Shown: piece by piece, positions 15,240-28,249 of the stretch | Position numbering within the stretch: the first letter of the stretch is position 1 | How the letters are laid out: each line of letters opens with the position of its first letter | Origin: Podarcis filfolensis | Lineage: Eukaryota | Length of the DNA: 64,000 bases | Direction: 5' to 3' (one strand) | NCBI GenBank assembly: GCA_964270895.1 | Contig: OZ185436.1 | Notes under the pieces: model-generated | The model's database searches: none | What the model saw: the letters and a program-made list of their open reading frames with translations, nothing else | Told to the model about the DNA's origin: nothing | Made by a program: the position numbers and the translations under genes

Positions 15240-15467
15240 CAGTGGTACCTTGGTTCTTGAATTGCTTGGCTCCCAAATTGGAACCCGAATGCCACAAACC
15301 CGGAAGTAAGCGTTCCGGTTTTTTGGAACCCGAACATCCAATGTGGTTTTTGCTTGACTGCAGGAAGCTCCTGCAGCCAATCAGAAGCCTTGCCTTGATT
15401 TTCTGACGGTTTCGGGAGTCAAACAGACTCCCGGAACGGATTAAGTTTGAGAACCAATGTACCATTG
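15240..15467. mobile_element. Tc1/mariner-type MITE, copy 3 (different internal subfamily)
   Basis: TA|CAGTGGTACCTTGGTT ... AACCAATGTACCATTG|TA. Confidence 0.8.
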
Positions 15468-16835
15468 TATTGCATTTGAAGCACATCTAACTGGCTTCGC
15501 CCACTGAAACTGCCCACAGTGATTTTGCAGTCCTGTGTACTGAACAAAATGGTTGGGCAAGCTGTCAGCTGAAGGTCCTGTGTGTGGCGATTGTGGGGTC
15601 AGGGCCTCATGTGAATCACACAAACGAGTCTATTTGTTACTTTGTTCCTGTGCTGTATTTAATACGTCTGAGTTTCCAGGTGGTGGTGGTTATTAAGTTT
15701 CTATACCTTATTCTGAGGATCACAGTGCAGTTTACAATACAAAAACACAGGTTTTTTTAAAATCACAAAAATAGATAATATACTAACAAAAACAATACCC
15801 CCACAGTATTATTAGAAATGCAGCTCAGATTATCATGATTATATCAAGCAACAGCTGCATAGCTGCTCCCCCCTTTTTTTGGTGCAGATGGGAAGGAGGC
15901 TATTTGTAAAAAAACAAAACTACTGTAATTGCATGGTTATGGTTAAGGAACAGAAATCCAAAAAACAGCTGCAAAATATCAGTCCTGCAGGTTTATTATA
16001 AAAACTTTTGGCTTGGTATTTAATAGCAACATACTTGGTTTATAATAATAAATCTCAGCATACTTGGATTGCTATAGAAGAATATGAATTGTGGCTTCAG
16101 TACACAAGAAAATATCTTGTATATATTAAAAGGTAACCAATTTGATGTTAATTTTGCTGTAAAGCACTGAGCTGAGTTATCCAAAAGCAGCTTGCTCCAT
16201 TTTCTTAATTCCAAGCAGTGGGATTTCCTTGAAAAACAGTCCTTACTACTGTTAATTGCTTGCTTCAGCTAAAGCTGCTATAAGGTTTGAACACAAAGGG
16301 GACTCAACAAGTTTTCAGGTATATTTTATTAGTCATCTTTTTGTGTGTTTACATACATACATACGACTGGAGGACTGTGTGTATGGAATGTACTGTTGAT
16401 CACAAAAACAGAAGAAAGTTAGAAACAAGCAAAAATGTCTATGTGTTAATCAGTTATGTGTGTATAAACTCAATGAATATCCTGTATATGAACAGCAAAT
16501 GCATTCTCTTGTGGATCCTTATATAGACAAAATGATACCATGTAAGAGAGGAATTGGCAGTCTTGGGGGAACACCAAGGTTTCAGAAGTGCAACCCGCCC
16601 CCCCCCAAAAAACCCTGAAACAGCACACTGAAGACTGTTTTCCCTGTGGCCATGGAATGCCGACTGATGGTAGTGGGGAATAGAATGGAATCTCTTGGAA
16701 GAGGCCATAGCTGGCTGGCTAGAAGCCTGAACAGGAGCATAACACATTGATGTGTTTTGTTGCATTTTCCACTTGTATGCCTTGAAAATGAGACTTGGGT
16801 AAGGGTGGGGCTTACCAAGGTAGTAGACACGCATA

Positions 16836-16860
16836 CTACTACTACTACTACTACTACTAC
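16836..16860. repeat. (CTA)n microsatellite
   Basis: Direct reading. Other short tracts: (CCAC)n near 8681-8707, (TGA)n near 10016-10033, (GA)n near 59612-59639. Confidence 0.9.
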
Positions 16861-17929
16861 GACTAGGAATAATAATTTTTTATTTATTCCCTGCCCAGTG
16901 CTGTTAAAAGTAAGCATTATGGCAACTATCAATAATTAAATCCAGACCCCAGTGGTCAGTTTGCCCACTACTGTACTTTCATTTTGGACTAACAATTTAC
17001 ATAATTTTGAGAACAGCAGAGGCTTATATTAATTTTAAATGTCCATACATGGATCTGTGTTTTTAATTCACCCTTAGCAGAGTTAAAATGTCCTTGTCGA
17101 AATCCCTATTTTAAAATACTCAGAAGACAAGCTTCAGGAGGCAATACTGCTTGTTCAGGACATATTTACAGATGCGGGTGGCATGTGGAAATATTTTTTT
17201 TCTGGAAGTCCTCAAATTAATAGAGCTTGTTCTCTGTTGTGTGATTTTACTTTGGATTGCACAGCTGTATGTTTCCTGTTAGAAACTGGCCCTTCCCTGG
17301 CAACTACTTGCTCCATAGATGCTCTACTATATCGTAAACAGCATCCTGTCTGCAGAGTGGTGGAGATACCTATAGGATGCCAGCAAACCTGAGCAAGAAA
17401 GTGCTCTCCGTTGCAATCGTTTCCAGCAGCCGGTATTCAGAAGCATACAGGCTTTAACTGTGGAGGCAGAACATAGCCTGATTCAGAACATAATGACAAG
17501 CCATGATAGCTGTTATGAGTGTTTTTTCTTTCAAATAAAAGTGAGCAGTCAACCATACTTTTAAAATGTGTGAATAACATAGAGCTTGGCCTCCTGCTGC
17601 TGCTGTTTTGCGTTCTAGAGCTATTACATTTTGAGATCCCTGACTGATGGCAAATGCATTTTATCCCAACCAGTGGAGTAGTTTTGTAACTTTCATTACT
17701 GTCCACGCTGTTGTAGGTTGGCCCAAAAGGAAATGGGATCACTCTTACGCACAAATAGCCATCATTGAATACTATGCAACTAAATTTAGGGCGACTTGGC
17801 TTTTAAGTAAAACACAGCGCTGCGAGTCGGATAACAGACATCTTTACTTAGAAGCCCTGTTGAGTTTATTGGGATTGCAGATTTTCAGTATAACCCTGTT
17901 TACTCAGAAGTATATCTTTCGGAGACATT

Positions 17930-19200
17930 GTTGCCGGGTTAAAACTCCCCATCAACCCGACCCTAACCATTGGCCATGCCGGCTGGGACTGACGAGGGTT
18001 TGAGTTCAAAAGACAGCTGGCGGGTGGCAGGTTCGACTCCTCATATTCAAGGTTTGTCGCCTTGCTGAACGAGCACTTTGTGTGCTCGAGGCGTTGTTAC
18101 ACTTCTTTCTTACGCGTTCTCTGGACAATGTACGCGAGTGTGTGGCTGCGGCACAGCGTCTGAACTTAAAAACAAACACCCAAGCTTGGGTCGATGAGTT
18201 TTGCTGCCGGAGCATCCAGGGCAAGACGTCCGACGGTTCGGAGAACGCAATGCAGGGGAATAAGAATGATGAATTGGAAAACGCTCGAGTAGGGGAGCTG
18301 GCGGAGCTCATTCACCTCAAAACGCACCAGCCGACGGGCAAGCGTCCAGCGCGCGCAAGACGCAGCAAGACGCAGCAATGTGCGTCCTAGGCGTCCTTCC
18401 GCTCACTACGCGCGCCGCCGCCGCCGCCATTGTGAGGCGGCCGTTGCCATGAGATAGTTCCCTACGAAGGCAGCCTCAGCTTTTGCCTGAAGGACCCCCA
18501 TAGGCAGTAAACGACGTGTATGTTAACCATCTCCTTCCCCTCTTACATAGGAGTGGTAGTTTGTGCTCTGCTCTCTCTGCCTCTCTCGCTCTCCCAGTTG
18601 GAAGAGGAGACAGGCAGGCCTTGAGGAGGAAGAGCGACGTAATATAGTAGAGAGAAAGAGAACTCCCTTTCTGTCGGCCGTCTCCTTTAGTTCAGGCGCT
18701 GCAGTAGACAGCCCCATACTCTGCGAGGGGGGCGGAGGCAGCTTCGAGGGGCCCTCGCTTCGATTCGGCCCCGCCCCGCCTTATCCTTATAAGACGCGAC
18801 GGCCGCGAGCCGCCTTTAGTAGTCTCGCTGGTTTCACTCGGGTGGCGTCGCAGAGGGAGGGGCCGAGAGCCGCTGCTGTTGCTGCCTCACGGTGAGTAAG
18901 GGCTAGGCCTGGCCTGCGTCTAGGCCTCGCTCCTTAGTTTGGGGGCGCTGGGGAGTTGAGGCAGGAAGCCGCGGAAGGGAAAAAAGGGAGAGAAGTTAGC
19001 AGGCGGGATTGGAAGGCCGCAGCGGAGGGAAGGGCTGAGGGACTTTATTTGCAGGTGGTTGCTAAGGGAGCGGTCTCTTCCTCCTCCTCCTGGCTAAGGG
19101 GTGTCTCCGCCACCTGCTCCTCCAGCAGCGGGATTGGAGATTGCTGTGGAAGAAGAGAAGGCAACCCGTAAATTGTCTGGGGACAAGCACCCCCCCACGA
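17930..19200. promoter_or_regulatory. SKP1 CpG island / promoter
   Basis: Sharp rise in GC and CpG density; GC box ggccccgccccgcc at about 18767-18780; TATA-like ttataag at 18787-18793, about 25-30 nt before the putative exon 1. Confidence 0.9.
18815..18891 (+). other. SKP1: SKP1 non-coding exon 1 (5' end approximate)
   Basis: Ends at the strong donor ACG|gtgagt (18891/18892) inside the CpG island; the next exon begins directly with the ATG. Confidence 0.75.
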
Positions 19201-21962
19201 CACTTATTTATGCGTCCCACATCTCTGAAGCCAATAAAACAGGCTCTTTTTATCTCTCTTTTTCGCCTCTTCTCTCTCCCCCTCCCCCATTTTTAATGTT
19301 CGTGCACAATAAAGCATTAACAAAAGAAGGCGGTTTCGTGTGTTGTATTTCCGGAATAGTTCATGTTGGGGCATGAACTATTCCCCCCCCCATGTAGACT
19401 TGTATCCCCTCCGCTGTATGCGAGTACTCGAGAGAAGGGTGGAAATTGGATTTTTTTATTATTGTGCCTGTTGTATATGTAGAACTCGCTCCACCGTTTT
19501 GCTTGGTTACCCTACCAACAAGAAACGGCGTTATAAACAATATTCTCTCTTACTCCTTTTTTAAATAAAAAGCCTTGAGATTGGGAGTTTAAAAATGATC
19601 AGTAACATAAATTGTGTTTCGGTAGACTGATCCGCTAGCTAGGATTAATCACTGTTTACAACCGTTTAGGTATAAAGCCGCCCCCCCTCCCGATTGAATC
19701 TTCTGTTAAATGCAGGGTCAGACTGCTAGTCTGTAAAGAGAAGCTTGTAGAATTTTTGTTTGACAAAGTTATCCTGTGGAAAAGGCCAGGGGGAGCACTT
19801 AGTGTGATAGTCTGAGCTCTGAGGCATTGCTCTCCACTACTTCTGACTGCGTACTTTGTGGCAGACGCATACTAAAATATCAGCATAAATTAGTTGTTTT
19901 CCAACCCATTGTACACAAAGCCACAAAAATCAGTTTTTGCATGGTTTCTCTATTGTAACTGGAATTATAGTTAAATACCTGAAATGGAGAACTGGGAAGA
20001 GTAACAAAGTTGAGAGAATAATATGCAGTTTCTTTGGTAACCTTGCATTTTGGTAGAAATCAAGGAAAACGACTATTCAAAAATAGTGTAATTATACATC
20101 ATGTCTTCTGGCATAAAACCAATCACTTAATGACAAAATGCTTGTTTGCCCCAACAATTCTCCGCTACTCTGTATATTTTTTTTACTGTGCAGTGTACAG
20201 TAGTCAGTTGCTAGTCAAGAGCCATACAAAATGCTGTCATTCTTTAAAAAATGTTTCTAATAAACTAGAGCAGCTAAAAGGGCACATTAGAAAATAGACT
20301 TGGTAGTAGTAGTCAAACCAAATTGATGATGCAGCTTCCTGTAACATGATTCACTGTGTATATATGCATACATTGATCTTGAAATTAAAACTTAGCTCGG
20401 CCTAGCCTAAAAAGTTTTTTGAAGGGTTATCTTTTAAATATATATTTTCTTCAGGCATACGTAGTGTTGCAAAAGTGTATACTCTTGTTTTGCTGTCATT
20501 AAATTGCTTAGTGTGTTTGTATGTGACACATTTACTTTTAAAAGAAGCACAAGACCCTAATGTTCATATTTTGGAACTCAAAATCTGATGAAGGTATCTT
20601 AATATTCTGGTAATAAACTAGGGAAGATAAGCAGCTGGAAAAGATTGTGTGCCATTTAATTTCAGTTTGTGATGCACTTGGCATGTACTCAATGTTATGC
20701 AGTGGCTAAGTTGATTGCTGCCAAGATCAGCAGTACTGAGAAGGTACAGTAAACCTATAGAATGGGAGGTTAATGCTGCATGGAGCAGATTTTGGATCTG
20801 TGGACTATTAGCCTCCCTCAAGAAAAAAACGCATTGTGCACCAATGCAATTGTATGAGATGAAGGAAATCTTGTCTGCAGTTCTTTCCCCAGAGTCCAAT
20901 TCTAAAACTGGATTTGCTTGCTATATCAATATCTATGAGTTAGCTTTCTGTGAGAGATTTTACAAGAATTGGCTACTAAAGGGTGGTGAGGTTCTTTAAA
21001 AATGTGCTTACCTAGCTGGTAAACGCACAACTTACTGTACTTTTCTGCAGTGCTTTGGGGATAGAGCTTATTTCCAATAATTTGTCAACAAAATTCTGTT
21101 AGTGATATTTCTGATGTTACATAGTAAAAATAATAGCCTGTGATTCTTGCAACTGGGTTTTTCCAGAAGTCAATTTGAAACTCAGAAAGGTTAAAACATG
21201 GTGAATTTTTTTGAACGAGGTTACTTGGTATCTAGCAACTTTGCAGTTTTCACTTTGTTATAAAAATGAAAGCTTTCTCTTTCCACTGGGTGCTAAAAGC
21301 AAAAATGCATTAAGGAGTTGTTTGAAAGTGCAGCATCATATGTTGGAAGCTTGCCTAGAACATAGCCTAGAGATAACAGAAGTCAGGACACTGGCTGAGA
21401 TTCAAGTTTTGGTGAGGTACGCAAGCAGTTCTCCAAATTTGTGACTGAACATGTATTTTAAAAAATAAAAGTGGTGCACAAACAGGTCTGGTTCAATGAA
21501 AGCAATTTCATACTGCACTTTCTATCCAAATGTAACTTGAGATCCCGATTAAATGATACTTTCAATACTTGATTAAACCACCTACTTAGTATTGCATATT
21601 CTGGCAACTGAGAAGACATTTTTTAAAAACCAAATGTTGAGCTACTGCAAGGGCAAAAGGTGAGCTGCAACCAGTTCAAATTTCTTTATAGCCGTTAATG
21701 TGTGTGGTGATCTTAGCAATCCATTACTTCTGGTCAGCTCCCTTCTGCAATACAGAGACAAAATTTATTTCCCTTTCCGTGTAATCTTATTTTTCAGTAG
21801 AAGATGCACTGTGTAAAAAAACTGTCCTATAAACAAATTATTTTATTATTAAATTTGTATACCACCTCATTCAAAGATCTGCCCTTTGCAGCATAAAAAT
21901 AATTTTGTAGCTTTTTTATTATTTAAAATGTAGCTAACATTAACTATATTTTCCCACCATAG

Positions 21963-22091
<129 letters not shown>

Positions 22092-24579
22092 TAGTGGTCT
22101 GAAGATGGTTGCTGCATACCAGGAACAGATTAATTCTTAGCTTAACATGAAGTAACTATGGGAATCATACCTGGAAATCTTGAGATACATAAAGGTAAAT
22201 CTATTTAGGCCATACAATATTTCAGCCACTGTGCATTGTGCACATGAGTGCAACTAACACTTTTTTCTTTTCCCACAAGTGCTACATAGAAAGTCCCTCG
22301 GGGGTTTCATGCTGGAGGTGGGTGTGACCAATATGAATACATACAGCACCTCCCTATGTACACAGACTTTCACTGCATATAACAGCCCCCCCACAGAGCA
22401 CATTCACTTACCACACATGCAGGTGCACAGCTCCCTTCTCTCACACACCCTTCACTCTCACTCCTTTTGTCTTTCTGAAGACAATAGACAGTTTCCTCAT
22501 TTCCTTGCTATTATACAGATGATAGGAAAGTCCCTCTCTTGATTTCCATGGTGGGTCACTGAAGAGCAAGAGTGTAATGGCTTTAAAGTCTGAGCAGTTT
22601 CTTGTACGATATTGAAGTAAAACAGCTGTTCGCAGGCACTACCACATTAGTCATGGCTACCATGACATGGCAGTCACTTACCTTCCACCTTCAGGGCACT
22701 CGAAGCAAATGTGGCCGTTTGGTTGGATTCTTCAACTTCTAATCAGAGCTTTTGAATGCAGACTTCTGTTTATGCATTGGTTCAAAAGCTGTTATGAAGA
22801 TGGGTGACGTATGTTTCAGCTAAATTCTTAAAGGGATTTCCACATGCAGTAAAATATGAAATTAAACCTTACTAATCGTTCAGAGGCAATCTTCTATGTC
22901 AAATTAGATTGATTGAACTAGGGAGCGGATCTTCAAAGGAATGGAAAAACAGTCATAGGAATACGAGACATTAAAACTGGATGCCACATATCTGATAGAG
23001 CTTGAGGAGGATCATGTTTTTAGCCAGGACTGGAACTGTATATGTACTCAGGAGTGTATCATGGAGGTATTTCAAAGCTCAGCATGGCAGATTTTTCAAC
23101 ACTTAATAACAAAGCTTTTGTTTAGGACGTAGTGGATGTTCACCGTGCCTGTTCCTGTTATGGCTGAGCCTTTGTAAAGTGATAGTATATATTTGAGTGG
23201 GTAGCTGGAATTGTGAGCTGGAAGCAATTAAATTTTGCAGGATGAAAGCTTAATTCTGACTGCCAGCAAATTAAAAGGGAGCCATGGAACTTAACCATAT
23301 GGCCTTTATGTAAAGCGAATGTTTATAATCCTTAGAAACAGGCATCAAACAGTCTTATGGACTGTTTCCCAATATTTTCTTGTAGCTCTGTTTCTATTTC
23401 TGAGTTTTTGGTATTTTTCATATAGAATTTGTATTTTTATATTTCCCCATTGCTGCTAGGTATGTTAGCCCATACAAAGGTACATATAAGAATATGCTAG
23501 TGAGACCTTATGAGCGTCTTGCTATTTCAACATAGTTTTCAAGAGATGCATTCCACTTATCTGGTGTTTTTTTGTGACTCATAAGGGGGAAAGAGCTGGT
23601 GTTGCCCAGATAATCTTGGTAATAGGGTAACTAAAAAACATAGGAAATGTGTTAAAAATTTCTAAAGTATTCTTGAAAGCCCCTGAGCCCCTGAGTTGGC
23701 ACTGCTGTACCAACATTAATGCCTTGTTATTTTTGCTGCTATTTTAGGGCAGTACACAGTTGCTGTAAAACAGAGAAATCCATCAAGTAATGGCGCAGCT
23801 TAACGTCTGTCTTTTAATAATCAGTGGTTCACATTGATCTATTACTTCCTAAGCTCTTAATCTAACCAAATGCTTATGACCTGCTATCTGAAGTTACCAC
23901 AAAATTGAACATGTGGGCTCCCCCCCCCCCCAGATCATGCTCATGTGATTATCTTCTAGATTTTAGATTGCATTAATCATGATTGGGACATTGTGTCAGC
24001 CATTGCTCCATGTGCTTAAAAATGTTTGGTTTGACTCAATAGAGCATAAAGATGCTGCATGCGTATCCATGTTGATGTGAGTTTTGAGATGTGTTTAGAT
24101 AATTACAAGCATCTTGGCAAACTTTTAAAAATGATTTTATTTATCAGACTTCATAAGCAATCAGTTCTCTGTTAAGTTCTAATATGGCAGTTATGCATTG
24201 ATAAAAGTACTTCACAAGCTAAACAGCAGCTCTGATTTTACCAAAGGGCATGCCATATTTCCTGAAGTTGAAACTGTTAATAGGGGCGGGGGGGAGGGGC
24301 CATACTCTGAGTGAAGTACAGTATTGGGTTCATTGGTGTAGATAAGAGCTTTAAGAGGTACTTCTGTATTGGCTACTATGCACAAATGGAAAGAGCAACA
24401 AAAGGCTGAGGTTATTCTTTTGTGCACAGCTCATTTTATGCTATGAAAGGGGAGTGAACATTGAGGAAGGGCTTAAAGGGCTATTTGTATGTGTGCTGAT
24501 TTGCCTGGGGAAAATCAATCTGTTTTTGTGGTTGGAGTGCTTAGAATCAGGGACTTAGGTTGTGAATCAGAAACTAGAC

Positions 24580-25025
24580 CAGGGGTCAGCATGTGGCTCT
24601 TTTACACCTTTGCCGCGGCTCCGGGGCGGATACTAGCAAGGGGAGGAGGCGCATTGTGCGCCCCAACACTCCCCACTGTGGCGGGCGCTGTACTGGCTGT
24701 GACGTCGGATGGGGGGGGTGCGTGTGTTAGTCACGCACTGTCCCGACGTCACCTGCCCGCCCGCCCGCCTGCTACATTGTAAGGGGCATGTACGCTGGTC
24801 ACTGTTTTGAAGGGGAGTGAAGAACACACACACACAAAAAGGTAACTTGTTAATTTAACGTTTATTTCTATGAGGAGGAGTAATTCTGAGGGGTCAAACA
24901 AAGAAATAATAAAAAAGTGACAAAAAAGTTACTTTTATAATGACGAGTTTTGCGGCTCCCAGTTTTTTTTCTCTTCGGAAACGGGTCCAAGTGGCTCTTT
25001 TTGTCTTAAAGGTTGCAGACCCCTG
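24580..25025. mobile_element. Non-autonomous hAT element with perfect TSD (446 bp)
   Basis: AACTAGAC|CAGGGGTCAGCA ... TGCAGACCCCTG|AACTAGAC; CpG-rich interior. Confidence 0.9.
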
Positions 25026-26035
25026 AACTAGACCAAATGGAATCCTTGGGGCTCCTTACAGTTTATGCAGTATGTTATCCTTGTGGCGGTAAATTTTCAC
25101 ACAGTACATGTGTGCTAGTAGCTGGGGAAGGAGAGGCAGATCAGGACAGAGGAACATACTTTTTTTTACAGTCTGGTGATATACATTCTTGTAAGTAAGT
25201 TCCATGGAGTCCTTCCATGTGGCTTTACTTCTGTGTGGTGGGTACAGGTTGATGCATTTATTGGTATTATACACACACATTGACTCTTTCTGCCTGGGAG
25301 TCGAAGAAGCAGAAGTTCATGTTCACCAGTTGGTCTGTTAGCGTCAACTGCTAAGGACCTTCGCAAAGACACTGTTACTTGCTAAGGTAGCAACGTCTGT
25401 CAACATGGCTGCTGCAGCAGCAATAGACAAAATGGCTTATTTGCTGAGGACTGTGTGAATTCCATGAGTGAGGAAGTAAAGTAGAAGACAAGGTTCTTCC
25501 TTTCCCTACCAGACAAAACACAAGATAGTGGCAAAGGCAAACAACTTAAGACTGCAGTTCTATGCACATTGAACTAGAATGGTTGCTTCATATATGCATA
25601 TGATCAGACTATGGGGAATTTACCAGCCAAAATATCAGCTGCAGGCCTCTCAAATTACTAGTCAAGTAAGTCAGCACTTCCATCAGTTGCCTAGAGAGAG
25701 TGTGAATATTAATTTCTTGGAAATCTTCAAGAAAAGATTAGATGGCCTGACCATCTGTTTTAATACTTCAGCTAGGAATATGTCCTCCCTTGAGCAGGAG
25801 TTAGGCAATATGGCTAGCATTACTTCTAACAAAATCAGTCTTGAATACAAATAGAATCAATTTATTAATAATTTGCACTGTGTAGCCTGTGCATTTTGCA
25901 TAAGCTACATGTTGGAAAAGAGTATGTTTTAGTAAAGAACAGGATCTGAACGTACCTATATTGCAGTAGAAGGTGCCTTTTAAGAAATGTAGGGGTTCTG
26001 GCTATGTAAATTACTTGTCTTTTTTCTATTCTCAG

Positions 26036-26109
26036 ATTTGGGAATGGATGATGAAGGGGATGATGATCCTGTCCCTCTTCCAAACGTTAATGCAGCTATA
26101 TTAAAAAAG
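26036..26109 (+). CDS. SKP1: SKP1 exon 3 (74 nt)
   Basis: cag|AT TTG...AAG|gtaatg; (D)[24 protein letters not shown]. Confidence 0.99.
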
Positions 26110-26634
26110 GTAATGTTGAACATGATTTTTGTTTGGGTAATATGAGCTTTCAGACTCAGCCTTGTTGTATGCAGTATAGCCATCTTTTCTGAAAATGGTT
26201 CTTCTATTGTGAGAAGTATAGCCAGTGCTGGGAAAATTAAGTTATATTTTTATTTGGGATAATATAATACTACATTCAGGTAGCGCATCCATTTGTATTG
26301 CAGTAGTTTTATGGAGCATACACACAACCTTTTAGTTGCTATATGTGGCCTAACTGTTCATCTCACATTTCTGTGTCATTCTAAGCAGCCTTACTTGTTG
26401 CCATCTTCCCTATACATGATAGAGTCTATATTTGCATTATTTATAAGTTCTGTGTAAGCAACCTCATATAATTCCAGTTGCATGGAGGGCGGAAGAAGGG
26501 CCATTCTTGCTGATCCCACCCCCTCTGTTACTTGTCTTTTACTCAGTTCTACCACATACCACATTTTGGAGGGCAAAGCCTGAAGCAGGAAGCCTCTGCT
26601 TCTTCTGGGTAGAGTTTCCTGTGCAGTTTTGAAT

Positions 26635-27306
26635 ATTAGAGCTCTGCTGGATCAGGCCAGTGGCCTGCATAGTTCAACATCTGGTTCTCAACAGTAGCCA
26701 GCCAGATGCCCATGGGAGGGCTACAGACAGGACCCGAGTACAACAGTGCTCATTTGTGATTCCATGCAAATTTTATTCAGAGGCATACTATCTCTGACAG
26801 TGGAGGTAGAAAATAGCCATTGTGGCTTTATCATACATTTAATTTGTCAAATCCTGTTTTAAAAGCCTTTCAAATTGCTAGCTATCACTTCATCCTGTGA
26901 AGGTGAATTGTGTAGCTTAACTGTGTGCTGTGTAAAGAAATATAGTGGTACCTTGGTTTACGAACTTAATCCGTTCCGGACATCCATTCTTAAACCAAAG
27001 CGTTCTTAAACCAAGGCGTGCTTTCCCATAGCAGTGGGGGGACTCAATTTACAAATGGAACACACTCAACAGAAAGCGAAACATGTTCTGCTTCCAAGGC
27101 AAAGTTCACAAACCAAAACGTCTACTTTTGGATTTGCAGCATTCTTAATCCAAGTTGTTCATAAACTAAGCTGTTCTTAAACCAAGGTACCACTGTACTT
27201 TATTTTGTCTGGTCCGGATCTTCAAGCATACAGCTTCACTGAATCACCCCTATTACTAGTAATATGAGAGAGAAAAACTTCTCCCTGCCCACTTTCTCCA
27301 TACCAT
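26635..27306 (-). mobile_element. CR1-type LINE 3' fragment (split by MITE copy 4)
   Basis: Resembles the common squamate LINE 3' end (gagctctgctggatcaggccagtggcc...ccagatgcccatgggag...); related pieces at about 17350-17510 and 58360-58470. Family assignment from memory. Confidence 0.55.
26943..27195. mobile_element. Tc1/mariner-type MITE, copy 4
   Basis: TA|TAGTGGTACCTTGGTT ... AACCAAGGTACCACTG|TA; interrupts a LINE fragment. Confidence 0.85.
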
Positions 27307-27892
27307 GTCTGTACACAATGTTCCAAATGAGGTTGCATCATAGATTTGTATAACAGCATTATGATATTGACTGTTTAACCATGTATACTGTAAATGTTTT
27401 AGGATTTAACTGGTTTCAGATAAGGCAGCATTTGTGAGCCAGTCTTCTCAAATTTTCATTCTGTTTGACTTATTTGTTGCCTCTTCCCACTTAATCTTTA
27501 CAGTAGTTCTGTCAGTTTGAAAGTACTTAATTGGCATCACAAGATTGAAATGTGAGAAATCAGTTTAGTATTAAGTGTGTGAAATCTTGTTTACAGCATT
27601 TGCAGACTGTGTTTTGAGATTATGCCACTGTCAGTTCTTCCCCTGAAAGGTTTGTATTGAGATAATTATGAGCAGCTGGTGGTATGCTTAAAAATGGCAG
27701 GATGTTTAGTTTAAATTAGTAAAACTTCCAGAAAAGATGAATGTTTTAACAGTTCTGTGTTATTGTATTAAGTAGTGGCTGTGCAAAAAGATCTCTGAAC
27801 ACTGATAAAACTAATTTGCTTGAAGTTTTAAGAGCAAATGTTTATTTTAGACTAAATAAACAAATATGAAGATATTTCATAAGCTGCTTTAA

Positions 27893-28087
<195 letters not shown>

Positions 28088-28249
28088 TAATCAATGGAAT
28101 ATCACAAGGTATTATAGAAATTTCTAATACGTTTTGTTTTGGAGAAGTGAGAGCCACCATGTGTTTGCTGGGTCCTTGTCCTTCCTGGCTTAGCCAGGTG
28201 GGAGGAATTGCTGAGTGGGTAAGAGAAAGGTGAACAACTCTTCAGCAAG

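Noticed and set aside
17965-18050. tRNA gene around GGTTCGACTCC
   Set aside because: The T-stem pairs only 3 bp, there is no acceptor, D or anticodon arm, and the upstream part belongs to a MITE-like repeat.
22676-22684. Perfect antisense donor AAG|GTAAGT in SKP1 intron 2
   Set aside because: No convincing partner acceptor or ORF; one such 9-mer is plausible by chance in 128 kb of strand sequence.
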